A stretch of 64,000 nucleotides of DNA from Chrysomallon squamiferum (GCA_012295275.1 CM022671.1:22320001-22384000); one strand, 5' to 3'; positions 29,875-45,077 are shown, counted from the stretch's first letter. Notes: generated from the letters alone by a model not told the origin. Numbers and translations: made by a program.

Positions 29875-29875
29875 C
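29726..29875. repeat. Compound hexanucleotide repeat (GTGTAT)n/(GTATAT)n
   Basis: Direct reading. Confidence 0.9.
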
Positions 29876-30834
29876 TGTATATATTTATATGTACATACAC
29901 ACATAACCACACAAGCGCATATACATATATACCCAAACACACACACACACATACACACACACACACACACATATATATATACATACACACATTTACCTAC
30001 CTTAATAATTATTTCGTAACATGAGAGATGTTTTTGCATAATACTTTTGTGGTCATTTTAACGTTAACTACTTAAACATTTTATTATAAAATAAATTAAA
30101 TTAAAGTATATGGCTTTTCATTTATGTTATTCAAAAGTATATATATATATATATTTGTCAGAATGAACCTCTCTATTCTCATAAAGTCAAAAATCATCAA
30201 GGAATATGCATGTACTGTGTATATCCATTAACATTCCACTATCCCCCAGCTCCCCGGGCCGGATTCCTGCTGTTACACAAACAAAACGGTTATCACACAA
30301 AACGTGCACACGCTTCTTTTCATAGCCGTTTACTTTGTGCGATATTAATGACCAGTGACACGGTTGTCTCCCCTCGTATTGACAATGGCGCTGGTCACCA
30401 TTCCTCTGCCCCTTTGAAGTCCGTGTTTACCGTGCTTGGGCCGGCGCGTATCTCTCTATCTGTAGTCACAGTTAATAAAAGTGTTTTTATTGTGGTCGCG
30501 CACAGAAGCGGTTGATGGGCACCGCCCTGCTTTGATATGCTCCTCGTTATGACAGAGTCTGTTACGTCATCACCAGACGTCCGTGCAGAACAGTCACATG
30601 GCTGGTTCCGTGCTCGCTTCAAAAGACGTTCATCCATAAAATCTTCTAATTTTTTTTTTTTTTTCTTCTTCTTTTATCCTGGTATTAACTGTTATCAAAG
30701 GACATGTTGATTGAAATTTATTACTTATGAAATAAGTTTTGTGTAAAATAAAATAAATATAATTTATTTCTCAACATCATCATCATCATCATAAGTTTGA
30801 TCGTCGTTATCATTATCGCTATCGTTATTATCTA

Positions 30835-30865
<31 letters not shown>

Positions 30866-32396
30866 TACTTATTATTATTATTATTATTGAGAATGTATTA
30901 TTATTACTTCGTCAGTCTTTAAAAGGCCCATATTTAAAATTTGAAATCCATATAATTATCTGATAATACAATAAATGCTGAAGACATTTGGCAGAAGTTA
31001 TTATTATCATTATTTTTTATTATTTTGTTGTTGTTTATTATATTAACACACAAACATGCTTGTTTAATTTAACAGTAAAAATATTTTTTTCATTTTGATG
31101 AACAAACCATTTTAAAACATTTGAACGTTTTGCTATTATTATTTAAGTTAAATATTGATATATATATACATGCTTGGAAAATAGTATGAATATAATAATA
31201 TACTAACAAATATACTGTTTCTTGAATGTTTTGAAAAGAGTAGATGTGTATTACGATAGATCATATTGTCATTATTTTATTTTATGTAAAAACTGAACTT
31301 CTAGTGGAAAAATTTGTCATAAAGAAATATTCCATCCGACGTTATCTTAAACAAATAATATAGGAAGATAGAATTTATCAAAAAATAAAATTAAATAAGT
31401 TAATAAAATAAATTAATAAATTAAATTAATTAATAAATAAAAAAAATAAATAAATAATTTACAAGACTTTTTTGATTACCGATTCAGCCAACCAATGACA
31501 TTCCGTTGATTTTATTTACAACAAATTTCTATTTCCTAAACAACAGTAATAAAACAACACTGACATCAACATACATAAACACTTTTTAATAAACAAAAGA
31601 AACATTACGCAACCAATCTCTTATCCCAACACACATGTCCATTTATCGCCGTTATTAATATTATTATCGTCCTATTCAGTGAAGCATAATCATTCGCAAA
31701 TTGCGCGCACCGTATTAAAATCGCGCGTGCTGTCAGGAAGGACGTTGGCGCTAATCGCGTTAAAGTCGTCACTGGTTAGAGTCTCTTTATCGCGTCTTTG
31801 CCGAGGGTGTCATCAGCCCTGCGTCGTCTGGCGGGTTTTGTTACCTCTCGTCACACGTCGACGTTGTTAGTACTTACAGGCGAGCGAGCGGGTTGCTTCG
31901 CCGAATAATACCTGCAAATAACGACGATAATAATAAGCCGATTAGAGGATCCCTCCGTTATCGGAGATACAGTCACTTATCTGTCCCGTTTATCACCCAC
32001 CCACCCACTGCAGGCTTTCTGTGGCTCGTTGCCGAAAGCGTGTTTGAAGGCTGGAAGGTTCACGGTTCGAAACCTGAAATCCAAGTAGAAATCGTAAAAT
32101 TATGGAAGTTGAAAATATTTTTTGTATTAATTTTTTATTTTTTATTTTTTTGTATTCTTTTATTCTTTTTTACGCCCTTTCATTCATTAATTTATTTTTT
32201 CTGCAGTGAATCAGCAGATTGTTTAGCACATCTAATAAAGTTTCAAATTCATCATCCAATATACCCGTCCATAAATAAACAAAGTGACATGATGACCTTT
32301 ACATGAAGACTTGAGACTCCGATTACGATAACAGCTATAAAACCTAAAACCTCACAGAAAAGTTATCCCAAATGTGTATCTCGAATTCAGACAGGA

Positions 32397-32400
<4 letters not shown>

Positions 32401-32491
<91 letters not shown>
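32401..32491. repeat. (GA)n plus (GACA)n microsatellite
   Basis: Direct reading. Confidence 0.95.
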
Positions 32492-33080
32492 GACTAGCAA
32501 AACATATTTTGCTTGTATTAGAGGACTTAAATTGTAAAACCAACACCAACATAAAACAACAAAGACAATGACACTGATGAGAATTATAATTCTGATGATG
32601 CAGATATATAAACAAATAAATAAATAAAGAAGAGAGAGAGAAAGAAAGAAAGGTTGTCAACATTTTAAATGAGCTCTTTTGATCTGATTGTTGGTATCGG
32701 GCAGATGATGGTGTCTTGGTGTTTAATGGTGTTAAGGACAGTTGTTAAAAAAAAAAATCCATACACAGCGAGGTGGAGTTTAGTATATACATTGTGTTGT
32801 CCGTGCCAGATGTTAGCAATTATTACCTGACTTGCAGGACGGCCAGGTGTTATCACTGTGAATACACGGCGCTTGTTTAATTGGACCCGTCTGATAAGTA
32901 TCATGTTGGTGCCCTCAAGTTCGTTGTGTGTGTGTGTGGAAAAAGCGCTAATAAATAATATGAAACTTACACGTGAAACGGTTTATGTTTCTCTATCTAA
33001 CTTGATAACAATCATTATCTCTTTCGTTTTATTATTTTGCTCAGTTTCGTTATGTATGTTCTTGACTTTTTTGTTTCGTT

Positions 33081-33214
<134 letters not shown>

Positions 33215-33858
33215 ACATATATTCATATATAAATATCTACACTCCTACATGTATATGCACATATACACATACATACGCAACATATACATATATACATATA
33301 CGTAGTCAACATTCAAACATTCATACGTACATACATTCATACATACATTCATCATACATACACATACGTACTCGCTTACGGACACACATAGAGACGCTAT
33401 CAACATACATCAATTTACATAAACACTTAACCGTATTAGCTATACAACCATATGATATTACCACACACAAAAAACACAAACATATTCAACGAATACAATG
33501 AACACGAGTTCAAATGACTATTACACAGACAGCCATGGAAACATAATGACAATTTTGTCGAGTGATACCCTACACAGGGTCTTTCTCCTTGACGGCTGCT
33601 ACAAAACGTTTTATAACATCTTCAGCGACAGTTCATACATTTTATAACCCGTATCCTATACCTCCAATATCAGTGACACCACGAAACAGCATTAGCACGA
33701 AGTTACAAACAAATTATTGTAATCTAACAAGCCCATTTCTTTTTCTCTGTTTTTTCTTTATTTTATTTTGTTTTTTCTCTTCTTCTTCTTTTTTTTTTTT
33801 TTTAAATAAAAATAAAAATTTGCGTCTGGTGCTGCAGCTGTTGCTACTATTACTTCTT

Positions 33859-33923
<65 letters not shown>

Positions 33924-36874
33924 GCTACTACTACTACTACTACTTCTCCTTCTCTTTCTATTGCTACCCTTGCTACTATTATTCTTCTATTAGTGTTACT
34001 ATTAGTACCAATACTGCTGCACTATTTCTGTTGATTCACAGTTACTACTTCTACACTACTATAATGTCTGCTGCTACAACAACAACAGCAACAAATACTA
34101 CTACTACTGCTATTACTACGACTACTTATGTTTCTATTTCTGCTGCTGAAGCTACTATAACGGCTACTTTAACTATCAGTAGTACTTTTATTATTATTAT
34201 AATAATACAACTGTTGCTACTACTGTTACTATTGCTACTGATATTGATTGTTTATGAGTACTGTTGCTAATACTTTTATTACTACTATTGCCATTTCTAT
34301 TACAATTTTTGACAAGAAAACAACAGGTAACGTACCAACAGTAATAAATAACAATAATAATAATAATAATAATAATAATAAGGAGAAGAAGAAGAAGAAG
34401 AAGAAGAAGAAGAAAAAGAAAACAAAAAACAAACGCCCCTTACAGTATCATGTTCAGCTTTAAATGACTTCCTACAAAATAAAGGTAATTTAATTTTATC
34501 GGCTTTTGATGTTTCTTATAATACATCTTAACCATACCCTGTGTGCTAAACAGTTAAATTATTTAAAGTGATTCTAATAGATTTTCTTTTTATTGGTATG
34601 AAAACAAAAATCAAATTAAGTATCAAAACAACACAACTTTTTAAAAAGCGGTAACAAGTTATCTTCTTTTCTTTCTTTTTTTCCCCCTCCCCCCGTAATC
34701 CCATAATTACACAGTTTTAACTTGTTTGTTTTTTAAAGACGTCTATTTTCCTTTTCATGATCGTCCATTTTACCAATAATTATTTTTTATTTATTCTAAG
34801 TCTGGCAATGAAAGCGTTGAAACAATATAATTACACACATCGAATGCATGTAAATACATCACTGGCGCCAAGCACCCGAGAAATCAACCAAAAGCACAAA
34901 AGAAGTTTGCCAGTTTATCTACGTCGACAGAACCACATAAACGTGTAATAATTTAGTATATCACAGAGCTGCTTAAAACAAAGGAACAATCGTCTGCGAC
35001 GGCGAAGTAAACATTACTGCCCCGATAAGTGCCGCAAACAAACAAACAAACAATCAAACAATCGGTTATATGGTCGCGCGCAAATCACAGTCTCGGAATG
35101 CCAAAAAAAAAAAAAAAACGAGAAAGAGAGGTGAAAAGAAAGAGCACTTCGCCTGTAATTATTATTATTATTATTATTATTTTTTTTTTTTCATCCTTCA
35201 CAAATCCTGTGTAGCTTTGATTTGATTGGTTACAAGTACCTTTTCCGCCACGTTTCGTTTTTGTTTCGTCACGGTGTTGGAAAGCCGTTACGAAAACAGA
35301 CGACAACAATTGTCGTTTGGCACAGCGCGCAATCCACTCTGAAAGGCGTGTTTGCAAAATTCGCGTGACCGCGCCGCTTTGGTGTGAACGGTTCCGGCGC
35401 CATCGTCGACGTACCCAGACGTTCGAGGCGTTCGTGTGGCTGACGTTGTGTTAGAAACTGACATGTCTGCGAATATCTGGCAAGTTCAGCACTTGCCAAG
35501 AGTGGACTGTGGTGCAGTTATGAAATGAGAGAGATGGGGGGGGGGTGTTTTAGAGATAAAGCAAGTGGCAATGATTTTTAAAAGTTTTTTTTTTTAGTTT
35601 GTTGTCAGGGCTGGTGTTCGCGAGTGAAGAAGAAGAGATTATTTTTAAGAATTTTTTGTGTAAATTTCTATTTGCTTGCAGGACACATTCAAAATTACAA
35701 TATTTTTTTTTTTTAAAGAATTATTCATTTCGTTCTATCTTAAAGCAGATATTTGTTTTTCTCTCTTTAATATGACTGACTGGGTTTTCTTTATATTTGT
35801 ATTTGCTAGCTTAAATAGAACTTGATGCGTGCCTTTGTGCATGTTTTGTTATAATAATGCGTACATCTGTGTGCATTTGTGTGTGCATGTGTGTGTATAT
35901 GCGTATATTTTGTGTGTGCATGTGTGTATGCGTATTCGAGTGTGTGTTTTGTTATTAAACTCATTTTTGATAAAAACTGTATTAGTTTGCAGCACCATCA
36001 TCACCACCATCACCAGCAGCAACAGCAGCAGCAGCAGCAGCAACAACAACAACAACAACAACAATAATAACTAACCGTGTTGCATTATTTCACTTGCATT
36101 ACTAGAAAATGCATTAGAGATGGAAACCGGGACAACGACTTGAACCTACAATCACGTTCTATTATTACAATAATCTTTATTTAGATCACACAGCGGGATT
36201 AGGAACAGCTATACTTTATCATCAGAAAATATCTGAATTTGAAAAAGGTCTTGATTTAATTACGCAACACGCACGTGCTAATGCTCATGCATACATACAA
36301 CTAAAATAATTTTTGCTTTTAAAAATAATGATTAAGAAAAAGAGAAAAAGAAAATCGAAAATTGTGAAGAAAAAAAAAAAATAAAAGAACAATTCGAGGT
36401 TTTATATAAATGTATCTGAAGTCAAACAATTTAAATAAAGTCGCGTGTTCAATTTAACTTATTACTAGTTGCAAACATTTTCAAAAAAAAAAAAAAAAAA
36501 ATAATAATAATAATAATAATAAAGCACCCAAAACCAGAGAGACAAAAAAAAAAAGATAATTCTTTTTGTTATTATAGTTATTGTTTTCCCATCATTATCC
36601 TTATGGCGCGCTGTTAGCGAAAGGCACACTGGGAATGAATCTATTTATAGGATAATTATCTAATCACGCGCTGCTCAGTGATGTGTATCAAGCTACACCT
36701 GAGACTGTTATCATTTTTGTCTTGTTCCAACCCACTCCCTCATTAAGTAATAAGACTTTTTGAAAGTAGTTTCGATTTTTAAAACCATTTTACAGCTTTC
36801 TTTACTTTATTTTTTTATAAAGGTAATTTTGAGTTTATTTTATAAATTCAATTTTAAGAGAGATGGACAGAGAT

Positions 36875-36878
<4 letters not shown>

Positions 36879-36966
<88 letters not shown>
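36879..36966. repeat. (GA)n microsatellite
   Basis: Direct reading. Confidence 0.95.
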
Positions 36967-36968
<2 letters not shown>

Positions 36969-37784
36969 ATAGCGATAAAGAGAGATGGAGAGAAAGACAA
37001 ATAAATGGACTTCATATATCAGCTAATAATTTACACAGCGAATGAATAAATGGGAACAGTCATTATTACAGAAGTTTAATCTATTATTTAAAAAAAAAAA
37101 CTATGCAATATTATATTTCGCATTAAAACATTATCGCATTCCTCAAAAGCGTTATCAGTATACTAACTGCGAACAAATCGTAAATAAATAAAAAAAAAAA
37201 AATTTAAAATGTACTATTTATGCTGATCTTAACTGAACTGTTAAAATTTTAAACGAAAATCTTTTACGTGTCACTAAACTGACGAACTTCCTATGAGAAA
37301 AGTGTCATCCTCGTCCTGACACTTAATTACGACACTCGTAAACGGGTCTGCTTCCGGTCCGCGCCAACCAATATGGCGCCAACTGCGGACCGATTCGATC
37401 AGCAGAAACGGTGAAAAAGGGAGAGATGGATAATTTCAAGCGGTGCTGGTCAAGTACCGACTGACCATTACGTCCAGTCATTTTAGATTGGTCACTGCTG
37501 CGTTAGCTGGTTATGGAAGTCAAGTGCCTCAGACCAGAAACACACACCCTGTCGTCGGACTCCGGCATCTGGTCTGCATTTGTTCGGGTTAAAGATAAAT
37601 TGACGGGAAATTAGATGGGAGGATCTTGAATGATGATGTAGATAATATCACGTGCTGAACACACACACACACACACCCAGTGGCTGGCATGTAATAAAAA
37701 CTGAATATTTTAATAACGTGACATACCGTGAAAATCTTGTATGCGATTAGTATGGAGTGTAACGTATGTGACACACACACACAC

Positions 37785-37786
<2 letters not shown>

Positions 37787-37871
<85 letters not shown>
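37787..37871. repeat. (CT)n microsatellite
   Basis: Direct reading. Confidence 0.95.
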
Positions 37872-37874
<3 letters not shown>

Positions 37875-39013
37875 CTCTCTGCCAATATATTTCGTATTTA
37901 CATTAAATAATCAATCCTGTCAATACTAAATAATAGTAGTGGTGGTAGTAGTGAAAGGATTAACAATATAATTTAAGATGTTTCAAATGGAAATTGTATT
38001 AAAAATATGATAACGACAGACAGATCACAAACAGAGAAAATGAATTTTAAGATAAGATTTTAAGAGTTTTAATTTTAAAAAAATTGAGTTATGACGTGCT
38101 TATTAGTCTCAAGGGCCATACAAAATTTAAAGCAGGAGAATAAACTTAACAATATATCAATCCCATGGACCGAGTTTTTCTTCAGCTATCTTTCAGTGGT
38201 TATCTCAAGTCTCACAGTATAAATCCACCTTAAACAAAACGGCTAATAAGTAATTCTGTGTGGGCGATCCACGTCGGACGACCACTCTACGTCTCCCTCT
38301 GAGTGTGCGGCCATTGAACGCGACACCCGAAGCGTTCGTTTACTTTCACACACGCCCAGGACATATCTGTTATGACATACATCTAAAACCGATACGTGCT
38401 TAATTTCCTCCGCTAACTGTGCGCACCGAAAAGGAGGGTGTTCTGGCCCAGCGTCGAACCCACGGTGATTCCTTCAAGAAAAACCGCAACCGAACCCCAG
38501 CAGAGTTCACGGGTCATTAGAATCCATTTCATGGTCACGATTAGCGGTCAGCTCTTGCACCGGCTCGCCGAAGGTCCCCTTTTGTCAATTATTGTTGTTA
38601 CGCTAGCAAAACGATCCCGAGTTTCTTCTCAACGTCGCTCGATTGTTTCCTCGGCAACCCCGCTGGCTTTTCTTTTTGATGATGTCTAATGATGCAGAAT
38701 CCACGCAAAGGCGGAGCAAGTGGATGAGTCTTGAACAATGTCGTGCTAATCACTTTAACCTCGCTTGCTGATGATCTCTGTTTGAACGGCGATGTTTATT
38801 TGAGTTAAGCGACGTTTAGTTTTGTCAAATCAGGTGGATGATCTCTATCTATCTGTCTTGTCTGTCCCTTGTTGCGCTCCTTCAGTTGTTTTGTTTTAAG
38901 AATGGATTACGTTTAATTATAAAATTACTTACGTCTTTGTTTTATATGTGATGTTGGTTTTCGAGCAATTAGAAACCAAACGTAAAGAATATTTCCTCTT
39001 GTTTATTTTTTGA

Positions 39014-39049
<36 letters not shown>

Positions 39050-39240
39050 TTATCTCTGAATCTATTCAAATTTTTCTGTAAAGTATATAGTTATGGTCAG
39101 TTTTGTTTTATTTGATGAAAAGAAATTAATTTTCAGATTACGTAATATTTTCTGCTTTGAACATTTTACATGCAAACATATATTTAATAATAATAATAAT
39201 ATTAGTTATGATAGTGATGTTAATAATGACGACGACGATG

Positions 39241-39299
<59 letters not shown>

Positions 39300-39359
39300 T
39301 AACAACAACCATACCAATCATAACAACAATAATAAAATAATTCTAGTAACATCATCATT

Positions 39360-39404
<45 letters not shown>

Positions 39405-42279
39405 ATTATTATTATTATTTATTACTATTATTATTATTACTGAACGGTTTCCAGTCCAAACGAAACATCAGTGTTGATTTTCACTTCTTCTTACGCTTTC
39501 TGGTCACAAACCGACGTTTTCCCATTGACCCCACTTAATTACAGACGTAGTGCTCTCCACACAACATATGTTAGAATTGCTTCTTTTTGCGACGGCTTTG
39601 AAACTCTCTTAAAAACACAGTGCTAGACAGATGCGATTTAGTCGCTTCAACGACGCCAATTGTTGTACACCTCGCAAATTAGCAACCACCTACCAAAAAA
39701 AGAAGAAAAAAAGAGCGCAACAAAAGTGAAAAGACCAGTGTCTCCGCTACGTGTTACCAGTCAAACAAACAATGGCGGCGGCCCCGGGGTAGTTGTTAGA
39801 AAAAAACCCAAAAAAACCACGATTGAGTGACAGACGAGTGCAGTTCATCGACTCCCTTCTTTTCTAAGAGCTTAATTACAACGCATACAACTGTCTGAAA
39901 GAAATGCAATTAAGGGATTAGTTAATCTTCTGGCCAGACTAATCCAGTAATCCAGGTGATGCGTTAGTGATGAGTGTTTGTAGATTTTGCAAACAAGTGT
40001 TAATAGGTGATATACTTGTTCTGTGTTTTAAGTTTGTTTTACGTCTTGTGTTCCCATGAAAGGCTGTTTTGTGTTTTAATTAAAAATATTTTTGTAATAA
40101 GTAACGAAACGGTAGTTTCCGTATGTTTGTTGTTATTTCTAAGTCAGTGGAAAGCGAAATATTTATGTAAATACTGAATAAGGTCATTGGTTTCTAATTT
40201 ATATTTTTAAATAAAAATCTTTAACAAAGAAGACGAAGAAGAACACTATTGATATATTTAAAGTTATACTTCTTACAAACTCTCTAATTTTTATTTTTTT
40301 CCAAAAGAACCGAAAACAGAAGAAGAAAAAAGAAAGAGAGAGAAAAATAAATTAAACAAATAAAAATTAAATAAACGAACGAAAAAAAAAAAAAGCCAAG
40401 TTTTTCTGGCAGTTCAATACAGATCAAGGGACATAATCGATGTTTTATTATTTATTCAACCTTCGGATCGCATTCTCTAGAGAGATTCCAAACATACCTC
40501 AGACAGAGTGACGGCAAATTCACCACCCAATGAAAACAAATGTTACAAACGATCAAATCACTGTGAATATTTTTTGTTCATCTTGTCAGACACTTATAGA
40601 ATTTATTTTTTAAAATATATTTAAAATCTGCCAGCTTTCACGTGAACAATAAAATGAAATAATATAATTAAAAAATAAAATTCAGAAAACGCATATATAT
40701 TCTACACAGACATACTCAAACACGTTAACATTAATTTTTAAAACTGTCAGCTTGATAAGTAATAAATATTTTTCGATGGAAAATGTTTACGACGTAAATA
40801 TCTCTATGGCAGTAAAGACGCTACATAATGTTTTAATTATAATGATTTATGCAGGGTTCAAACCTGTGTCTTTTTTTGACGTTTTTTAAAGCTTCTTTTA
40901 TTTATAAAATGGACAAGTGCGATTACAGGATTTCAGAAAGAGAAGGAAACTCTGAAGAAGAAATTAAACGAAAAACAAAATTAAAATAAAACAAAAATAA
41001 AAAGGAAAAAGAATCATAGATTTGAGAAGCATATTTCTACGTTACACTTCGCATGAAAGTATTCATTATAAAGAAATTTACTTAGGTTTTTCTTTTTTTT
41101 AACATCCTTCCACAAAAGAAATGTCTAAGCATGCAAGTCGTGGAGGACACAGTTCCTGTCGTTGTTGTTAAAGCCCCTTATCTTACTGATGTCATTGTAA
41201 CATTACGTGAAGTCAGGGTTAAGTTTATTACGGAGGTGGTGCTATATGCTGACACGCGAAAAAAAAAAAAAAAAAAAACCCTGCCAAATTAAAACATGCC
41301 AGAAGCAGTTGGTTTTTGTCTTAGAATAACCCAAACAAAGCTGGCCCAGTGTTCCACACTTTACAGGCTTTTGTGCGGTAAATCCCCAACTTTCTCACTG
41401 AATTCAGCGACGAAGTGTTTAGCCGGTTTTGTCCAAAGTGTTCCCTTGTCACCTCGCTTCGAGCATTACCATCAGCCGAAATCCAACTGGCGTCTCCTAA
41501 ATGAAAACAGTTAAGGGTTTAGTCTTGTTCCTTATTCAGCCTGTCCGGCAGTCATAGAACTTGCTCGGCGAAGCGGGGTGGAGCTGGCGCCGTGCAGATT
41601 GGCCCGAAAATGCTCGTCTCATTGAAACGGGCGCAGGAACAATGGTCGCTAACACCTTCCCTGTTTTATGCCTTTCTTATTAATTATGATCGCTCCGGAA
41701 CGATCAACGCCGATTACGCGCCTCACAATGGTGGATAAAATGAACTGGTTGACACATCGTGTTATAGACTTATCTTGGGTAAGTAATTACATTTTCGCTG
41801 GTCAGCCGGGATCCCGGGCAAACACACAAAAGCTCGCTTTTTTTTTTGTTTTTATCGCCAATCAGCGAAATGTTGCTAGACGTTCGTCTGATTAGAACGC
41901 AAAAACACTGAGGAAAACACACGAGCGTGTTGTTAAAAGAGTTCGCGACAAACTGCATTAAACAGCAACACCGGCGACGACTCCGTCTTTTGTTGAAACA
42001 GTGATTTTAATGACTTGTGACCTCCGAACAGGATAAAAAATTATTTTATGTTTGTGTATGTCGCTGAAGTTCTGTCGCTTCTGTCATTTGTAACAGCTAT
42101 GAGAATGACGGTAGCAACATAATTATGTTATTTGTTTTACTAATTTTGGCAAGTTTGGTCCTGACAAAATGTTTGCATCTGTTATCAGGAAGCTTTCTCA
42201 CCGATTTTGATACGCCGTATTTTCTCCGCCCTCTTCCATGGAAAAAAAAAAACACAGGATAACTCGGTCTATTGTCATT

Positions 42280-42319
<40 letters not shown>

Positions 42320-42504
42320 GCCCGTAAATTCATTGTAGACAATAGACAATGATTTGAACATACACGTTTACGGAAAACATCTAGATCAACCACAACAAAT
42401 AATATATTTATCAAACTACCATTATTATCAATGTTCTGCTATTATTATCTTCATAAAAACAACTGTTATTAGTGTCGTTCTTACTTATGCTACTACAACC
42501 ATTT

Positions 42505-42537
<33 letters not shown>

Positions 42538-42675
42538 ACAACAACAACAACAATAATAAGAAGAAGAAGAAGAAGAGAAAGAAGAAGAAGAAGAAAAAGA
42601 AGAAGAACAACAACATTAACTTCACTACCACCAATCACCACCAAACCAACAACAAAAATGATAATATAAAACAAA

Positions 42676-42718
<43 letters not shown>

Positions 42719-43539
42719 ATGTTGAAAAATAAACAAATTTGAGCTGAAACTGAATAAGCAAAGGATTAAAGATTTTTGCTAATAGTTTCATAAACATGGA
42801 AAGCCTAGAACATTAAAGAAAGATTTATATAACTATTTTGTCTTTACCTTTATCATCACCATCATCATCACCATCATCATCGTCGTCGTCGTCGTTGTTA
42901 ATACTATTCTTACAATTCTATTATTATATACTACTAAAACAGTAATCCAAAAAACCCATTATCATCTTCTTATTTATTCTAAGATTCAAATTTTATTTGC
43001 TAAATAAATGTTTATAAGTTCTTTGATCAAGCAAAAACAATTAAATAATCTCAAAAACAAAAGATCACTGAAGAAATCTACTGTTTATAAATAAAAGACT
43101 ACAGTTTAAACTCCGGGTGAGCAATCTATGTTTACAAATGGTTAACAGCTAAGATGTCAATCACAGAATCTGGGGCGTGGCTTCATCCTTCAGCTGGAAA
43201 CAGTTCGCCCTGGAAATTATAAATTTATGACCACCAATGTCGAGATTCGGAATTTATTAACAAAACAGTACACTCCATTTTAGCACTAGAAAATATGTAC
43301 CTAAAACGTTACCACCGTAAAGCAACAACACACTTTTTTCCCCCCAATTTCTTATATTAAAATAAAACATTTTTATAAAGTATTTATTATTTATGAACAG
43401 TGGCCTGGGGTAATTAATACATCCATGATCGATCGTTGGTGAATGGTGTCAAATCCGCGTGTTGACATATTGTCAAGTGAGATAAAGAGCTCAAAGCCGC
43501 AGACAGTGTGTCTAGCCGTTTCGTCAAGCCCGCGAACAG

Positions 43540-43715
43540 ACACGCCCACGACGCGCGCTCATTGGCCACTTCCCAGCCGCCAGCCAATCACGGCGTGACG
43601 AGATCGTCAGACTGAGGACTGTTCGCGTTTCATTAGAGATAAGCGCTCGCCGTGGCGTCTGCTTGACAAGTAGGTATATAGCGAAGCAGCCAGCATTCTA
43701 CAGTTCATTCGTACG
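43540..43715 (+). promoter_or_regulatory. Core/proximal promoter of Tbx2/3
   Basis: CACGCCCAC (KLF/Sp-like) near 43551, ATTGG 43561-43565, CCAAT 43584-43588, TATATA 43675-43680, Inr-like TCATTC 43705-43710 with its A 32 nt after the first T of the TATA; about 80 nt before the ATG. Confidence 0.7.
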
Positions 43716-43789
43716 GCGGACTTCGCACACTAAACACGTTACTGAACGACACACACACACTACTACTTACTAGAAGCAAAATATTTTTT

Positions 43790-44124
43790 ATGGATTCTAC
43801 GATGGCTTACAACCATTTTCTGGTGCCTCGACCCATGGACTACGGGATGGGGTCGCTGCTGGCCCCACCCCACTATATTCCAGCGTTCTCGCTACAGCAT
43901 CATGGACTTAACCCGGCAATGTTGGCGAAACATCAGCAGGCCATGGGGCGTATGCCGCATACCCCGAGTGATATGCTTGCGCACCCTGATCACTTCAGGA
44001 TGAGGGGGTTGGAACCCCCGGAGCCCGAGGTTAGAGACGACCCCACTGTGGAACTTGACATGGAATCGCTATGGGAACAGTTTCACGAGATCGGCACCGA
44101 AATGGTTATTACCAAATCTGGAAG
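43790..44124 (+). CDS. tbx2/3: Tbx2/3 coding exon 1 (N-terminus [11 protein letters not shown]... to start of T-box ...TKSG-R)
   Basis: ORF 43790; MAYxxFL N-terminal motif resembles Tbx2/3; donor AAG|GTAAGA with GT at 44125 (phase 2). Confidence 0.93.
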
Positions 44125-44590
44125 GTAAGAGACTGATGACATTTTTTTTTAAAGAGCCTATGTTTCACTGGTATGATGCCAGTTTTTTTTAGTAGTATTG
44201 TGTTTATTAGAAGGTGAAAAAAAAAAAACTCCACCAAAACAGAAAAGCTATGCGTTGCATGTTTTTATGGTTTTTAATTAACAGAATACGCAGTGGTTTC
44301 CCGTATTTTTATAGCGCGTTGCGAATACTCTGCTTACTGCAGTGTCAGATAATACGTTTCTTAAAATAAATATAATTATAAATTAGTTTTGTATTCTAAA
44401 ATGATAAATAACATAATTTTTAAATTTTAAGGAAAATGATTTATATAAAATGTAATAATTACTTTTTAGAAGAAACTTAAGGATATCTGTTTAATATATA
44501 AAAAAAAAAAAACTACTGTTAATATGAATATACCATAATGTCACAATTACCTATAAGTAATAAACTTAGTGTTGATTTTAATAAAACAAT

Positions 44591-44641
<51 letters not shown>

Positions 44642-45040
44642 AACCCCACTAATTTCTTTTAAAATATAAATAACCACATCTGTTTATATATTTTTAACCT
44701 AACTGTTATCAATGTTAGTACATTTGTACATATATTATAATGGATTACTTTTTAAGAGGGCGCGTGTTATTTATTTATTTATTTATTTACAATTATACTA
44801 CTGTTGCGTTACTGCGTAGGTGAAATGGGCTGTTAAACTGCAGTCTATTTTTGAACACATTTAGCAGAATGCAATGACAAGTATGTTATTGAAGTTCACT
44901 TAACATTCAGTAACTGTGACCTGGGGCTAAATTACTACTGGAGTTTTTAGTAAGATTAATTACACTCAGTTTGTAATTAATTATAATTATTATCAGCTTT
45001 ATTTTAAACATCTATTCCTTATTTATTTATTATTTATATT

Positions 45041-45077
<37 letters not shown>

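Noticed and set aside
40851-40868. B-box-like hairpin CAGG-GTTCAAA-CCTG
   Set aside because: No cloverleaf or convincing A box; not a tRNA gene.
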